The notes under the pieces are model-generated. The model did no database searches. It worked only from the letters and a program-made list of their open reading frames with translations, and was not told the origin of the DNA. This document shows, piece after piece, positions 24,610-37,927 of a stretch of DNA of 64,000 nt (positions within the stretch are counted from its first letter, which is position 1; each line of letters begins with the position of its first letter). Made by a program: the position numbers and the translations under genes. Source of the DNA: Pseudogymnoascus verrucosus (taxonomy: Eukaryota); assembly GCA_001662655.1 (NCBI GenBank), contig KV460213.1, one strand, 5' to 3'.

Positions 24610-27045
24610 TCAAAATCTCTCCATCAGATTCATCCGCACAGTCCACATCCTTGCTCTCTTTCCATAGATATACATGGGCACCGTCATCGCCAGCAGAGCG
24701 AGCTGGATCCCCCCCAACGCAAGGAACACATCCTTCAATCCCTTATCATCAATCCACTTATTGACAAACAGACTGAAGACCAGCCCATGAAAGACATTCT
24801 TCGAGAAGTTGAGAGTCACAAGGGCCTCACCAGCATACTGCCGATAGCTATCCACGCAGAACGTGATAGCCGTCGTGCTGCCCAACGTGCACCCAAACGA
24901 CATAAGACCAAAGAATATCGTCGGCACGATCCACGAATCACGGTTCTCAGCCGACCATCCGAACCCCATAAGCCCGATGACAGTAGTAAACGCAACGGGA
25001 ATCGCCATAACAAGACGAAACTCCGGCTCGTACAGCCCGCCATTGCGACGTGCGAGCGCACGTACAATGATGTCGCTCACCTTGCCCGCCACGACCGTTC
25101 CGAGAATGCCGCCGATGAAGGGGGAGAGATAGATGAGACCCGTGCCCAGAGCAGAGAAGTTGTATGTTTCGGGGTTACGGTAGACTACTGCCACAGTCTC
25201 AGAGAGAACGATGAGCCAGCCGACAGAGCATGCATAAACGACCGCGGACCACAAGACTGCTGGGTAGGCGAAGAGGATAAACGGCCTGATGGCAACACGG
25301 AACCAGTTATCTTGGTGCAGGCGGCCTTCGTACAGACGCAGCTGCTGGATAAAAGAGCGTTTGGGCGCAGTTCTCAGGACAGTTGTATACCTTTCGCCGG
25401 TCTTGGGGTTACGCCCAGGTGGCCTACCGATGGCAGCTTCCAAGTCAGAAGGAATATCAGAAAGGTCGGCGCCGGGAGCCAGCCCAGGGCTTTCAGCTCT
25501 TTCCCTCATCGGACTGCTGGAGAGATCGGCGACTGCACGGACCTGGCCCTGAGATTCGCTTTGCGAAGTTTGTGGGCGTGCTGTTGGAGCAGGAGTCTCT
25601 ATTGCTTCACCCTGATTAATAGATATAGTTGGGGTATCAACATTATCGCGATCCGCGATTGTAGACATCGGGAGTCCAAAGTAGTCCGCATCAGGTGGTC
25701 CGTCTTCATGCCCTGAGCTCGGTACAGAAAACCCAACATGAAGCGGTGTCTTCTTTCGGTTTAATCCTGGCCTTGGGTGAGGCCCTCTAGGCGCATCACC
25801 GACAGTCGGAGTGGGCGGGATTGAAGAGGTCACGTTCTTCCCATCATCCAAACCATCGGCATCACCCTTTGCTTTCTTCCTGTGTGTGCTAGCCACGCTG
25901 TGGTACATTTGGACGACGCTTGGGAGCCTCGACAACGTGCGACCTCGAGGGCGAGGCGTGCGGTCCCAGAAGGTCTCTGGGACGAAAAAGAAAACAAGTA
26001 CTCCGCAAAAGCCAACAATCATGGCGACAATCCTGAAGAAGTCAGCACCGAAATCAACTTCTGCAAAGATCGGATTACTTACCAAAAAACCCATCTCCAA
26101 TCTAGCCCCTCAATGATGGCAGCGCTAACCAAAGGCACCAAGTTCTTCCCACCAAGTAACAAAAGGGTATAAATGCCAATCCGGTACGCCCGCTCATGCA
26201 AAAAGAAAATCTCAGCAATAGTAGCTGAGGGAAGACACTCTACAGGGCTAACCGACATGCCCTGCAACACTCTCGCGGCTACCAATGATGGATAGCTAGG
26301 AGATGCCGCACACCACACTGAGGTTGCAACGAACAAGACGCAGCCGGCCAGGTATACAGGTCTCTTTCCGTACAGAATAGCCGTTGGGCTTGCAAATACT
26401 GAGCCTACTCCTAAGCCCATCATGTATAAACCTGTAGTCAGAGCGACCTGTGGCACCGACACATCGTACGTCTTGGCGACGTCGGTGAAGCCAGCCGCAA
26501 GGACAGATGTCATTCCTCCACCAACCATACAGTAGAGGCCTAACGACAGAAGCGCGCTATCTCGGCGCCATGCTGGCCAATTCAGGGGGTCATTATCTGA
26601 GTCTTCAGGTTGTGGTTCGAGAACGATGGTGCCGTCACTCGTCTTCTTCTTTGACGCAATATCGGACACGGCCCTCCTAACTTGTCTTCGTGATGGTGTT
26701 GGTGACGGCGATGGGTATTGCGAAGGGAGAGAAGAATGCGAAGTGCGCGCCGGCGCGTTTCGCAAGCCAAGAGGTTCATTTCGGAGGTTGGCAAGGAGGA
26801 GGACAGAGCCTATCGTTGTTATTAGTACGTTGGACGTAGACTCAAAGTGTAGGATACGCACCAGGCACTTCATGGGTTTCTCTATCGTTGAGAACGCCCA
26901 TGCTCCATTTCGAAGGTAAGTTCTCTCTGTCGCCGTCGGACTGGTCAGGCTGCGATCCTGGTGTGCCTGTGTTGCGCCCGAAGAACGAGCGCCATCGCGA
27001 GCGTGGAGGCTTCTCCCCGTCCTGGGAGTCTAAGGAGGATTCCAT
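24610..27045 (-). CDS. MFS transporter (HOL1-like/DHA1 type) with expanded central loop, 3 exons
   Basis: VLEPQPEDSDNDPLNWPAWRR, YGKRPVY, ATIAEIFFLHERAYRIG, WRWVFW, FFVPETFW, GLYEPEFRL, YGKRARMW. Confidence 0.9.
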
Positions 27046-27929
27046 GGTAAACAAAGGGCAAAGATCAACTCAGCACAAGTTATATCTGAAGATGAGAGCC
27101 GCCGAGGGGGTAAATATATCTAGTGATTTCGCAAAGCGGGGGGAAAAGTAGCCAAGAACTCGAGCTCCGGCAGAGTAGCTTGGTAGTGTTGTGAGCAACA
27201 ATAATGATATGAGCAAAGACGTCGACTCGAGGGCCTTATGCCATGTTATCTGTCTCTTGCTACCCTGGCATATGACACCTTGATAGTAGGTGGGGGTCGC
27301 TGGCCAAGAGCTATGTGTCTCAGGCTCCGCGGAAGGGGATAGGTGCAGGCTGCGGGCGGGAGGCGGTGTCGACGATCAGCTGGTGGAATAGGGAGGTCTA
27401 TGGCAAACGCGGGTACGGGGGTAGAGAACTAGAAGGCGGGGGGGACTGGGGTCGTTGATATCTCCTAGGAAGTCGTATTAATGGGACGAGAAGAAAACAC
27501 TCTTTGAGGTTGTTGAGGATAGTGAGCAGATGGATGGATGATGTCGACTGTCGGTGAGCGGTACGTGGGATTAGCGCTGGTATATGTCTCCTACGCTGAT
27601 GAGCTACACAACATGAACGGTAACTTAGGTATAGAAACGTTGTTTATGTTAATAACGGCCTCACCGTCTTCACCTATCAACCCTCCCACGGGCATATCTG
27701 ACTGATGCATCGCCTCAACACCGCGGCGGAGCGCCGAATTAAAGATATTCCGCTCCGTGAACTATGACGCACGAGGCGCATCTTAGGCACCGTATCCATG
27801 TCGACACCCTGTTTTGGGGTAAGACGAGCACACCTGCATGTGAGATGCCACTCGAATTGTGAAGCAGCCATATAAACCCTACCATTAATACCATCTTCAC
27901 CGAGGCGCCCCGGCACGCAAACGTCAATC

Positions 27930-28549
27930 ATGGCGATCAGACTCCCCTCTACCACCCCCACCGTGCGAGTGTGCATCCGCAGCATTCGCCAGTTCTCCTC
28001 GTCCGCACCCCACTCGTCCAAAAACCGCATCTACACGCCGTAAGTGGTCCCTTCCCCGCCGTTCACTCCCCACTTTCTGCTCTACACCGCTGACCCTCCA
28101 CCCCCTTCCCCAGGATCCGCCACCCCGCTGCCCTGCACGAGACTATCTTGCTGTCAACGTCGTCCCGGACGCCCCTCATCACATACTGGTCCGCAGGGTA
28201 CTGCCCGCCCTGCAAGGTCATCTCGCCAATCCTCCACCAGATCATATCCTCTGACTCGCCGCCCTGCCCGGCCGATCCTGGCAACAAGGTTGGCTTCGTC
28301 GAGGTTGAGTTCGACGCACCAGAGAATATGGGGAGCAGCCTTGGTATGGATTTTATAATCTCCTCTCTGCCGACGCTGGTCGTCTTTGATAGAGGGGAGG
28401 TGGTGGACAGGGAGACGGACGTGAAGAATATGAGTAATGAGCAGTGGCTGAGAGAGTGGATTGAGCGGCAAGCTCGGCGGCACGGAGAGGGGACCGGGGG
28501 AGGCGGCACAGGGACGGGGTTATTCGGGGGATTGTTTGGGAAGTTATGA
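27930..28549 (+). CDS. Thioredoxin-like protein with probable mitochondrial presequence, 2 exons
   Basis: R/S-rich, acid-free N-terminus (IRSIRQFSSSA). Intron at about 28040-28112. WSAGYCPPCK active-site motif and ISSLPTLVVF. Confidence 0.8.
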
Positions 28550-28825
28550 CTAGCCGACTGGTTGAAGAGCTGGTGGAAGGGTAGATAGGTGGGATATAGT
28601 AAGATAAATTGTAGAAGTATTGCTATGTTATAAAGCTCCTCGGCTGTATGCACAAGCAACGAACCTGTCCCGCTCATACATAAGAGCTCGGGCCCTCCCA
28701 ACCATGACAGCTATCTTAGATCAATCGTCAGACTCCAGGAGCGACCACTCAATCTGCGCTCCAACCTCTCGCTGCTGTGACCTTGCCCTTGGTACTTGAG
28801 TATGCATCATTTGAGAACATTCTTC

Positions 28826-29441
28826 TCATGCAGCGTAGAAAACGCTCTCGACCTCCCTCCACCACCCACCGTCGGCGCTAGAGACCGCCCCTTCAACGAG
28901 ACTCTCTTGCATCCCGTCGGTCAGCGCCCACCACTCCCTCACCTTCGGATTATCGCGCATGCGCTCCATGTCGTCAGCGAACCCATAGCCGACATACAGG
29001 AATGAAGCGAAGAGTATTCCAGTTCCGGGATCGTGGAATATCGAATCTGCATCTCATTAGCGTCTGTTCCGCCAACATGGATGGTGGAGGGGTCTCACAA
29101 TCACGGATCTGGCACTCCTTGATCTGCTTCAACACCTCGGGCCACACATTTGCGTGATACTCCTTGTACTGTTCCACAAACTCGGGCTTCAATTTAACGA
29201 TCTGCGCGATGCGGCGCCCGGTATTCTTGACGCGCGAGTCCCGTCGCTGCCGCTGCTGTGGTTCCCCGGATGTCGGGTCCGACGGGGACAACGGGGAGGG
29301 CTCGTCGTCGTTCTCAGTGTGCTCGGGGACTGATGGCTGTACCTGGGCACCGCTGGTGGGGGAGGTGGGAGACTCTATGGGAGAGGCGGTGGAAGCCCGT
29401 CGAGGGACCCAGAGGCTTTGCTTCGACAATTCAGAATCCAT
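28826..29441 (-). CDS. L-rhamnose mutarotase (RhaM/DUF718 family), 2 exons
   Basis: RRIAQIVKLKPEFVEQYKEYHANVWPEVLKQIKECQIRD|YSIFHD...DMERMRDNPKVREWWALTDGMQESL...WWREVESVFY. Confidence 0.88.
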
Positions 29442-30502
29442 TCTACGATTCGCGCAGACGGATACGAGGGCGTGGACGACGGGTAGAGTGAAGGAGAATG
29501 CGGCCGCGATGAGAAAATGTGAGGAGTTCGGTTCGGCGGGGTCTCAGCTGCTGAATCGGTTCTGTGGTGTTCGGTCGCACAGATGGCCTGCACGATTTGA
29601 TTACTTGTCTCTTATTTGGCTGTTAGTATCTCCGATACAGGCGGCCTGCAGGGTGTTGGGAGGGAGGATGTACTCACTCGCTATCGGTCTGTGATGTGGG
29701 GGCTCGGTGCATCTACGGACACGTACAATTTGCTTTTTCCTCTGGTCTTCGGGCGGCCGGGGGAATTCTGCCTGAATAGAGGAAAAGAGTACTAGAGAAA
29801 AGGAGGACAAGAGAAGACCGAAAAGAACCAAGACTGAAAGAGGTGGGTGCAGAGTAATATAGCAGCACTTACTAACTGGATTACTTAAGATGAACAAGAA
29901 AAAGAACAAGTAGCCAAGAGTATATCACACCATGCATGGCATTGTGTACACAAGTAGATGGAGAAAAGAACAAGACGGGATATTGAATATGTACCATTAC
30001 CGGAGTGCCGTGTGGTATGTTGTATGCTGTGATCCGTTGGAGATACAGCTGGAGATACACCGGATAAGTTGGTGTGAGGGGAATGATCTCCACTCTCCCC
30101 ATTGACACACACCATGGGTGAGCTGTTCTGTTGTTTCTGTTGTTTCCGTTGTGTTCTGCTGCGTGTTTTGCTGTGTGGCCGGACTTTGTTGCTCCACGGA
30201 CCCCGCTATAATGGCTGGCGACGGGGAATATTAACCCGCGGCATGTACTATTTATGGAAGGCGGTGTGTTATTCTGCCGATGTTGGTAAGCTCATGGTGG
30301 GAAATGTTGTGGTGGGTGGTGGTTGTAAATTGTAAATTATTTACCCCACTTCAACACACTGTGATATGTTGCAACTGTGAGTAACGCACACCGCTGCCAA
30401 CTACTTGATTACCGGCCAACAGCGCCTATTGCGCCACAGAAGCACCCTCTCACGCTACCATTCACGAAATTATTTTCTGGCTGTAGAACAAGCCGCCTCA
30501 CC

Positions 30503-31204
30503 ATGTTCCGCGACGACTCCTTCCATCCCTCCTCCTCTCAACCCCGCCAATCCCCGCCACCATCTCCAACGACGCGCCAGGACGAGGCAAACAACCTCGA
30601 CGACGTATTCGGGTCCGCCCCGTCATCTCCCACTCTCTCCTATGCCACGAGATCTACCCGCAATGATGAGCCCTCTGAGGTCCCCCGACTGCGGTCTGCG
30701 CATAGCACTGCTGGATACCGAGACGGCATAACGACTGCGAAAGGCACGACCATTCAAGAAGGATTTGACGAGGGGTTTGGCCTGGGCGCAACTATGGGCT
30801 TGAGGATAGGTTCCATTCTAGGGACATTGGAGGGGATCTATGCTGCAGTTGCGAAACCAGACACCAAGCGTGCCCCAGCTCTGGATGAAGGTGGAGTCCA
30901 AATTGGCACTGGAGCTCAACCAGAGACTGAGAGGCTGAAGGCTTTGGTCGTGAAGGCACGCAGTGATCTACGTACCGAAGGTGTCTTCAGCAGACAGTAC
31001 TGGGGCGAAGACGGCATCTGGGTATATGATGTAATAGAAAGTGGTGGTGGGTGGAAGGACGTCGTGGATGCACACCCTTTGATTCAGTCCTGGGAGGCTG
31101 TGGTTGCAGAAGAGGTGACCAAGGTCAACTTAGACACGAGTGTCATGGACAGAACGGAAGTGAAGAGGCTGGGCGAAGACGATGAGGCAGTTAACAGGAG
31201 CTGA
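30503..31204 (+). CDS. YAE1: Yae1 family protein (Fe-S assembly adaptor for Rli1)
   Basis: Repeated GX3 pattern HSTAGYRDGITTAKGTTIQEGFDEGFGLGATMGLRIGSILGTLEG. LDDVFGS N-terminal motif. Confidence 0.85.
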   Translation: MFRDDSFHPSSSQPRQSPPPSPTTRQDEANNLDDVFGSAPSSPTLSYATRSTRNDEPSEVPRLRSAHSTAGYRDGITTAKGTTIQEGFDEGFGLGATMGLRIGSILGTLEGIYAAVAKPDTKRAPALDEGGVQIGTGAQPETERLKALVVKARSDLRTEGVFSRQYWGEDGIWVYDVIESGGGWKDVVDAHPLIQSWEAVVAEEVTKVNLDTSVMDRTEVKRLGEDDEAVNRS

Positions 31205-32166
31205 AGGCACCTTCGACGGGAGCCATCACCAGACACACACCACTACCCTCACATGCTCAGCAGGACGGAGCCAAGAAACCCATTCTCCAGGGATATGCGC
31301 AGGCCATATTTCTGGCTGTAGCTTACTTGAGGTTTCAGTTCTCCGAGCTGACAGGCAAGACCGACTTGCCAGGCCGACGCTTCGGTATTTTACCAAGGTG
31401 TTATACCAAGGTGTTATACCAGTTGCCCAAAAGCCTCAGTGTTTGCAACATAGCTAATGAGGGAGGTCGCGCTACAACTCACGCGCCATACTTTAATGGG
31501 AAACTATAGTGTGGCAGTAATCTTACATAGAATAGAAATATTCTTGGGTGACGAATATGATTACGTATGGAGAAAGTGGGGAATGGTGCGTGCTTTGAAG
31601 TTTTCATACCCTGTGTGAAGATTCAACGGACAGCATCCTCTACTTCAAATAATGATAATACCAATTAACATTGATCCTTTTAAGCAACTTATAAGCTTTA
31701 ACAATATGCTTGTATTAATTAAGCAAACACAACACTCGTTGTCATACTCTTATTTTCCTCCCAGTAATCATTGCGTCGCGTGCCCTTTTGCTGCTAACTG
31801 CCAAGGTACAAGAGGGAAATATCAGGGTAGATAAGATAACGCGACAAGGGAAACGTCATCGTCTTAACCCTGAGAATGTTGAGACCTTCTTGCCTTCCAA
31901 GTGACACAATGTCTAACAACTGACGAGGACAGTTCATGCCGATCTATCCTACATGATGGCAAATTTTTTCTATCAGTATGTGAGCTGAACCTGAAGCCAA
32001 GAACGACCAATTGTACATTACAGTGCGCCCAAAAGTTTCTTGTCGGACTACTGTGAATGGCCTCGTGGTCTAGAGCGTGACACAGATACTAGGCTCACGT
32101 GGGCATGCTTTGCGACATACACAAATAAATAAAATCTGAGCCCAGTCGGCAGGACTCATCGCGATC

Positions 32167-33518
32167 ATGGATATAGAGAAGACCGGTATACAGAAGACCG
32201 GCATAGAGACGACCGATATAGAGAAGGTCGACATAGAGAAGGGAGAGTTCGAGGAACCCGTAGACTGGGCCACTGCGAGGTGGACGAAGGAGAGGATACA
32301 AAGCCGCCTCCTTTCATATACACTGGTGCGATTCCTTACCACCACTACAGATAACACGTTACTAACACAGTACCTTCAGGCTCTCTGCAGCATAGCAATC
32401 CTAGCCCTCATCTTCCAACCGCGCTACACGCCCTCAGACACCACGGACCAAACCCCCAATCCCCAAGGGACCATCCCCTCCTACGCAATCGACTACGGTT
32501 CGACCCCTCACTCCAGCCCTCACAACTCCCCGTTCTAACCTCCCCTCCAGCGCCCCTAATCTGGCTCGACGTCAACGAAGAATACTTCCCCTCCTCCCTC
32601 GCCACCCACATCCAAAACACGCACCCATCTCTCGACCACGACGCCCTAACCTTCAACACAACACTCGATCTCACCAACCTCTCCCTCCTCAACGCCCTCG
32701 GCGATGAAGGGCTTAACATCTTCCTCACATCCAACCTCGACGTAACCACTCTCCCGCCCTGGCTAACCGGCACAAAACCCTCCTCCACGGGCCTCACATC
32801 CTCCACCTCCGCCGCCATAATCGCCGTCCCCCGCTCCGCTGGTGTTGTGGACGTCTTCTACACCTACTTCTACTCCTTCAACCTCGGTCCCACAGTCCTA
32901 GGTCAGCAGCTAGGCAACCACGTCGGGGACTGGGAACACAACATGATCCGCTTCGTTGATGGGGTTCCCGAGGCGATGTGGTTCTCGCAGCACGGCGGCG
33001 GGCAAGCGTTCGCTTACTCCGCTGTTGAGAAGATCGGGAAGCGGCCCGTGGGGTACTCGGCGAAGGGGACGCATGCGAATTATGCCTCGCCGGGACGGCA
33101 TGATATGTTACTCCCCGGGACGCACCTACCCTTCGACCTCCTGCTGACGGATTACTCCTCTAACGGGACGTTATGGGATCCCACCCTAAACGCGTTCTGG
33201 TACACCTACGACGCCATCACCGCCTCATTCACAGGCGCGGCGGGTATAGGCGGAGAAGAAGGCAATCCAGTAGGCGCGATGGAGTTCAGGGGTCGCTGGG
33301 GGGATAAACAGTATAAAGATGGAGATGAGAGGCAGAGCTGGTGGTGGGGGTGGAGGAGGTGGGTTGATGGGCCGAGGGGCCCGTGGGATAAGAAACTTGT
33401 GAGGGAGGGGGTTTGTCCGGATGGTGGGTTTGGGGGGTGTGTGGTGAAGCAGGATTTGAGGGAGGAGGAGGGGAGGGGGGTGTGGGTTGGGAGTCAGGCT
33501 TGGGTGGGGAGGGATTGA
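32167..33518 (+). CDS. Vps62-like protein, about 3 exons
   Basis: DYAPLIWLDVNEEYFPSS after splicing, VDVFYTYFYSFNLGP, GNHVGDWEHNMIRF, YSAKGTHANY, FRGRWGD, GPRGP. Confidence 0.85.
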
Positions 33519-33628
33519 GGGAGAGCGATTGAGGGAGAGAGATTGAGGGAGAGGGATCGAGGGAGGGAGATTGAGGGAGAGGGATCGAGGGAGAGGGATT
33601 CAGGGAGAGAGATTGAGGGAGAGGGATT
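33517..33628 (+). repeat. 14-bp minisatellite, 8 copies (consensus GAGGGAGAGGGATT)
   Basis: Direct reading of eight tandem 14-mers starting within the Vps62-like stop codon. Confidence 0.95.
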
Positions 33629-34400
33629 GAAGGGGGGGAAAGTGGGCTGTAGAGATATAAATATACCAACAAGAGAGCGAGAGGGCATTTTAGAGTAGCT
33701 TGTCTGTTTCCCCATGTATTGTTTCTTTTTAGCAGCGAGAATGGCTAGGACAATAAATAGACTTTGAAAGTGATCGGCATTCTCGTATGGATCGTGTAAC
33801 CACAAGGCCCGATCCGATCCCCAGTCGATGTGATACGATACGAGAACCCGGATCAGGTAATGAGCAGCGTTGCCAAGGGGGAGGGATGATAACTCTAAAT
33901 TACGCTTGCATTAGCGCTAGTTGTCAAAGTAAGCCAGGCTCTGCCTTTAATTCGGATTCGTCGATGAAGATATGGATTGACTCTCTATTTAGCTTATTTG
34001 GCGGGTATACGTGGGGTTTGGAGGTGGATCGATGAGACTGAATAAAGGGGTTGGGGGTCTTATAACTTTCGACCACCACACACACTCGCACCAACAACAC
34101 TCAATCAAAAGACCATCCGATATCAAGCATAATACCTTCATTCAAGTTTTCTTCATAAAATTTTAAAACTAAAACAACCTTCCATAGCATCCTGCTGGAT
34201 CCATAAATGACATTAGGATACCTACCCAACTAAACGCTCGGAAACATGAACACAGTCCAATCCAATATGTTTCTTCACTCCCCTCTCCATCGCTAAACTC
34301 AGATTTCAACAAGCATTATCTCCAAAAAATAAATATTGTCACAATATTTCCTTAAAACATAGAAGCGAATATTTCAGATCCCATCCCCACACACACACAT

Positions 34401-36289
34401 TTACATCAGCAGTGCCAACACACCCACAACAGCCGCCGCAAAGACGCTACCACCGACGCGTCCACCACCTCCAACGAACGGAGTCTGGGGGATCGTCGGG
34501 CTTCCAGTGCCAACGGCCTTGATGCCGCCAGTCGGGATAGCGGTCTGGAGGGTAGTCTCCTCGTCACAGATAGTGGTGTAAATCGCCTTCGTTTCCGTAA
34601 CGACGCTGGTGGTCTTCTCGTTGGCGGGGCAGTTTGTCACACTAGGCGGGCAAGCGGTGATGGTGTGGATGATGGTGGTGTAGACGGTGCTGGGCTTCCC
34701 GGACTTGGTTGGCTTGGCGGCGCTGGTGGTGGTTGGGGCCGGGGTGATGGTGGGGTTGCCGGGGCACCAGGTGGTGTAGTCGGTGAGGGTGGCGGTGGTG
34801 ACGTGGCCGAGGGGGCAGTTGGTCACGGTGGGGGCACAGCTGGTCACGGTGTAGACGGTGGTGCGGAGGATGGTGGAGGTGAGGGTTGGGGAGTCACTGA
34901 TGGTGTTGTTGCCCCAGTGGCCGGTCGAGGTGGTCACGGCGGTGGTGGATGGGCCGGTGGTGAGTGGGCCAGGGGTGGAGGTGGTGACGGGAGCCTTGGT
35001 GCTCGAGCTGACAGTGGAAGTGGTGACGGGAGCCTTGGTGCTCGAGCTGACAGTGGAAGTGGGCGCTGCGCATCCCTTGGCCTCGCGGGCAACCAGGAGG
35101 TTCTTGATCTGAGCCAGGAAATTAACGCCGTTCTGGTCCTTGTTTTTGCCGGCAAAGACGGCGTCCCAGATCATGAACCCGCCAAAGTTATCGTGGCAGT
35201 AGTACTCGTCGATCAGCGGCTTAAGCTGATCCGCCGACAGGTAGTATTCAATAGGAATGGTTGGGTCCATGTTCGGCGCTCCCAAAACACCAATGGAAAG
35301 TTTGGCGTTCTTGCTCTTGGAGCCAGGGGCCTGGAGGCGCTTCAACCACGCATCGTAGGAGAAGCCGCCGTGGGGGTACTCTTTGGGGACAGTAGTCTCG
35401 ACACCAGTTGTCGCGTAGTCAGGGTTAAGTTTAACCCAGTCTCTAGCAGCGCAACCATCAGTGTTGTAGAATTGAACCCAGATGATGTCGAATTGGGCGC
35501 CCTGGATCATCAAATCCATGTTCGCATCGTTGACAACGCACTGAGGTGCACCGGTGATGAGGTAGCCGCCATCAGGGAAGTAGCTACGGAGCCTGTTGAT
35601 CATGGCGATATATCCAACGGAGTTGTCTAAAGAATTTAGCGACACACACTCTGCATTTAGAAACACGAATCTTACCGGTGTCTGGGTGCTCGATATCAAA
35701 GTCAAATCCATCGACGATTGTCGCGATGCCCTCGCCCTCAGTACCTGGGAGGGGATCGAAGGGGCGGGGGCCAACCCACTCCACGGTGGGGGGGCCGTAG
35801 GCTGCCCATAAGAAATCGGCGAAGGCCTCTCCGTCCTTCTTGCCAGTTAGGGAGTAGGTGTTAGGTCCGCCACCGAGGGACAGAAGAATCTTCTTTCCCT
35901 TAGACTGACAGTACTGGATGTCCTGTGCCATGCCCGTGCAGTGGTCAAGGAGGCGGTTGTGGAGAGGATCGTCAACGCCGTTGTAGCCGGGGGCGGTGTA
36001 TGTCGAGGCCCAGCATGAACTGCCATAGTTGGAACCTGGCCATCCGTTCCCCTGCGCCGGGAAATAGTCGATGAAGCCGACGGGAATGTAATCCGTATCA
36101 GCTGTGTCACAGTAGTCGCGAAGAGTTCCGCCAGTTTGGCCCTGTTCTATCATCAGCATCTCCGCTTCAGTGCCGTTCCGTCAATAAACCTACCCAGTAT
36201 GTGGCCACGGCGCTTCTTGCAGAGGAGCCGGCGGCGCTCGCCACGGCTGAGAGGGCGGCAACGGCCGCAAAGGTCTTGGAGATACCCAT
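34401..36289 (-). CDS. GH18 class III (subgroup B) chitinase, S/T-rich, probably GPI-anchored, 3 exons (36289-36194, 36141-35676, 35626-34401)
   Basis: Signal peptide, ATYWGQ, KILLSLGG, catalytic VDGFDFDIEH, ITGAPQC, WVQFYN, FGGFMIWDA. Two TVTSCAPTVTNCP-type repeats and a hydrophobic C-terminus. Confidence 0.95.
34983..35061. repeat. 36-bp perfect tandem duplication in the chitinase stalk (TSTVSSSTKAPV x2)
   Basis: GTGACGGGAGCCTTGGTGCTCGAGCTGACAGTGGAAGTG occurs twice with a period of 36. Confidence 0.9.
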
Positions 36290-37878
36290 TATAAATATAT
36301 GAAGCAGCGAGGGGGTTTAAAGATTGTGATATGGCCTAGGCCGGTGCAAAAGAGCGTGGTGTTGATTTGACTTTCAACGAAAGGACGCAAACAAAAGTCT
36401 GCAACGAGGTATATCGACGATACCGCGTGGGAATAGGGACGACGTGAAGGAAGTGGGTGAGGTGAGAAAAGAGAGAGAAAGAGGGAAGAAGGAGAGATAA
36501 AAGGAAAAGGCAACAAGATAAGATGAGATGAGGATCGTGACCAAACCTACATGGGGGGCCCCGCAGGCGAGGGTGACGAAACGGTGGAGGCATGGGGCTG
36601 GTTCATGGAGGCGCCGGTGATAGTGAACGGATGTTGGTTCCGGGAATAGTGGCGGGGTGTTGGATAGGTGGGTGATATGACCAAAGCGGTTACCTTTAAT
36701 GATGCAGGTACAAGTTTATAACAGCCGGTGGAGCTGAATGCAGGGCAGATGCAGGGCTGAAGTGGAAGGACGAGGGATTGAGAGGAAGAGGAAGAGGAAG
36801 AGGACGATGAAAAGAAAGGCAGAGTACATTTGCCAGAGTGAGAAGACTGAGCAACGATGAAGTACTCTTGGAGTCGTCGAGCACCAACATGCGCCTTGTG
36901 CAGTATAGTGGAGTGTAGTGGGGGATCAACAGGGACATCAAGCAGGGATCTGAGGGGGGGACAGATGGCATGAGCTTGGACATCTCTGGAAGTAGTAGAG
37001 CCGAAGACAATCTCCCGCAGGATTGACGGTGATGATGGAAGGAAAGTGGAAGGAGGGGTCGAGAGTACAGGTAGACGAGGGCAGGAACGGGCAAGAGAAG
37101 GCGAAGAAGAGTAAGAATAGGTAATATTAGAAGTATACAATACAGATGAGGATGAGGATGAGGATGGGGCCAAGGATGCCCAAGGCGGTAAAATGGGAAG
37201 AGGGAGGAAGGAGGAAGTGAGAAAAATGAGCATAGTGGGAGAGATGGGGTAGGTAGGGATAGAGAGGAAGGAGGAAGGGAAGATGGGGGGACAAGGGAAA
37301 GTAGGAAGGATGGATGAGTCCAGGATGAGGAAGAGGGGCAAGATCTAGACGAGGTGAGCACTAGACCCGTCATGGATTAGCCAAGAGCCCTGGCAGTGCC
37401 AATCACGGGGTAAAGAGAGCGAGGATGAGGGTCGATGAGGGATGATGAGGGTCAATCACAGCCATGGCACGTGGGTTGTGGTGAGGATTGGTGGGAATTG
37501 GTGGATATTCCTGGGAATACAAGTATCTTTAGCGCTTGATCCGTGCAGAACAAGACTTTTGCCATCCCGTTATCCCCATCCACCCTCATCCACCCCCCCA
37601 TCCTTCGCGTGGTTGTCCTGTCGTCGTCGTGCCTGGCTGTGCCTGACTGTGCCTGACTAGTCCTCTTAGGTGTCAAAATGGTGCCAGAACGATGACCGCG
37701 ACAGGGACCTATGACCACTACAGGGACTATGAGCCACGCTAATGCAGGTCGGCGGCGAGGTATTGATTTTCAATATTACCCACCAACCAACCACATGAGC
37801 CACTCGCATCTACCCATACACGACAACCCCCAAGAAGTGAAGGTATCGTCAAGTCAGTCCAGCCAAGTCAGACCCTAG

Positions 37879-37927
37879 AGGTGTGGTGTGTGGTGTGGTG
37901 TGTGGTGTGTGGTGTGGTGTGGTGTGG
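37879..37927 (+). repeat. (GTGTG)n-type microsatellite
   Basis: GGTGTGGTGTGTGGTGTGGTGTGTGGTGTGTGGTGTGGTGTGGTGTGG. Confidence 0.9.

Noticed and set aside
24787..25716. 309-aa plus-strand ORF
   Set aside because: Antisense shadow of the MFS transporter, with no recognisable motif.
34665..35630. 321-aa Gly-rich ORF
   Set aside because: Antisense to the Thr-rich chitinase stalk (ACC codons read as GGT).
36547..37373. 264-aa and 225-aa minus-strand ORFs
   Set aside because: S/P/L/F low-complexity products of a CT-rich tract; open in two frames because stop codons are rare there.
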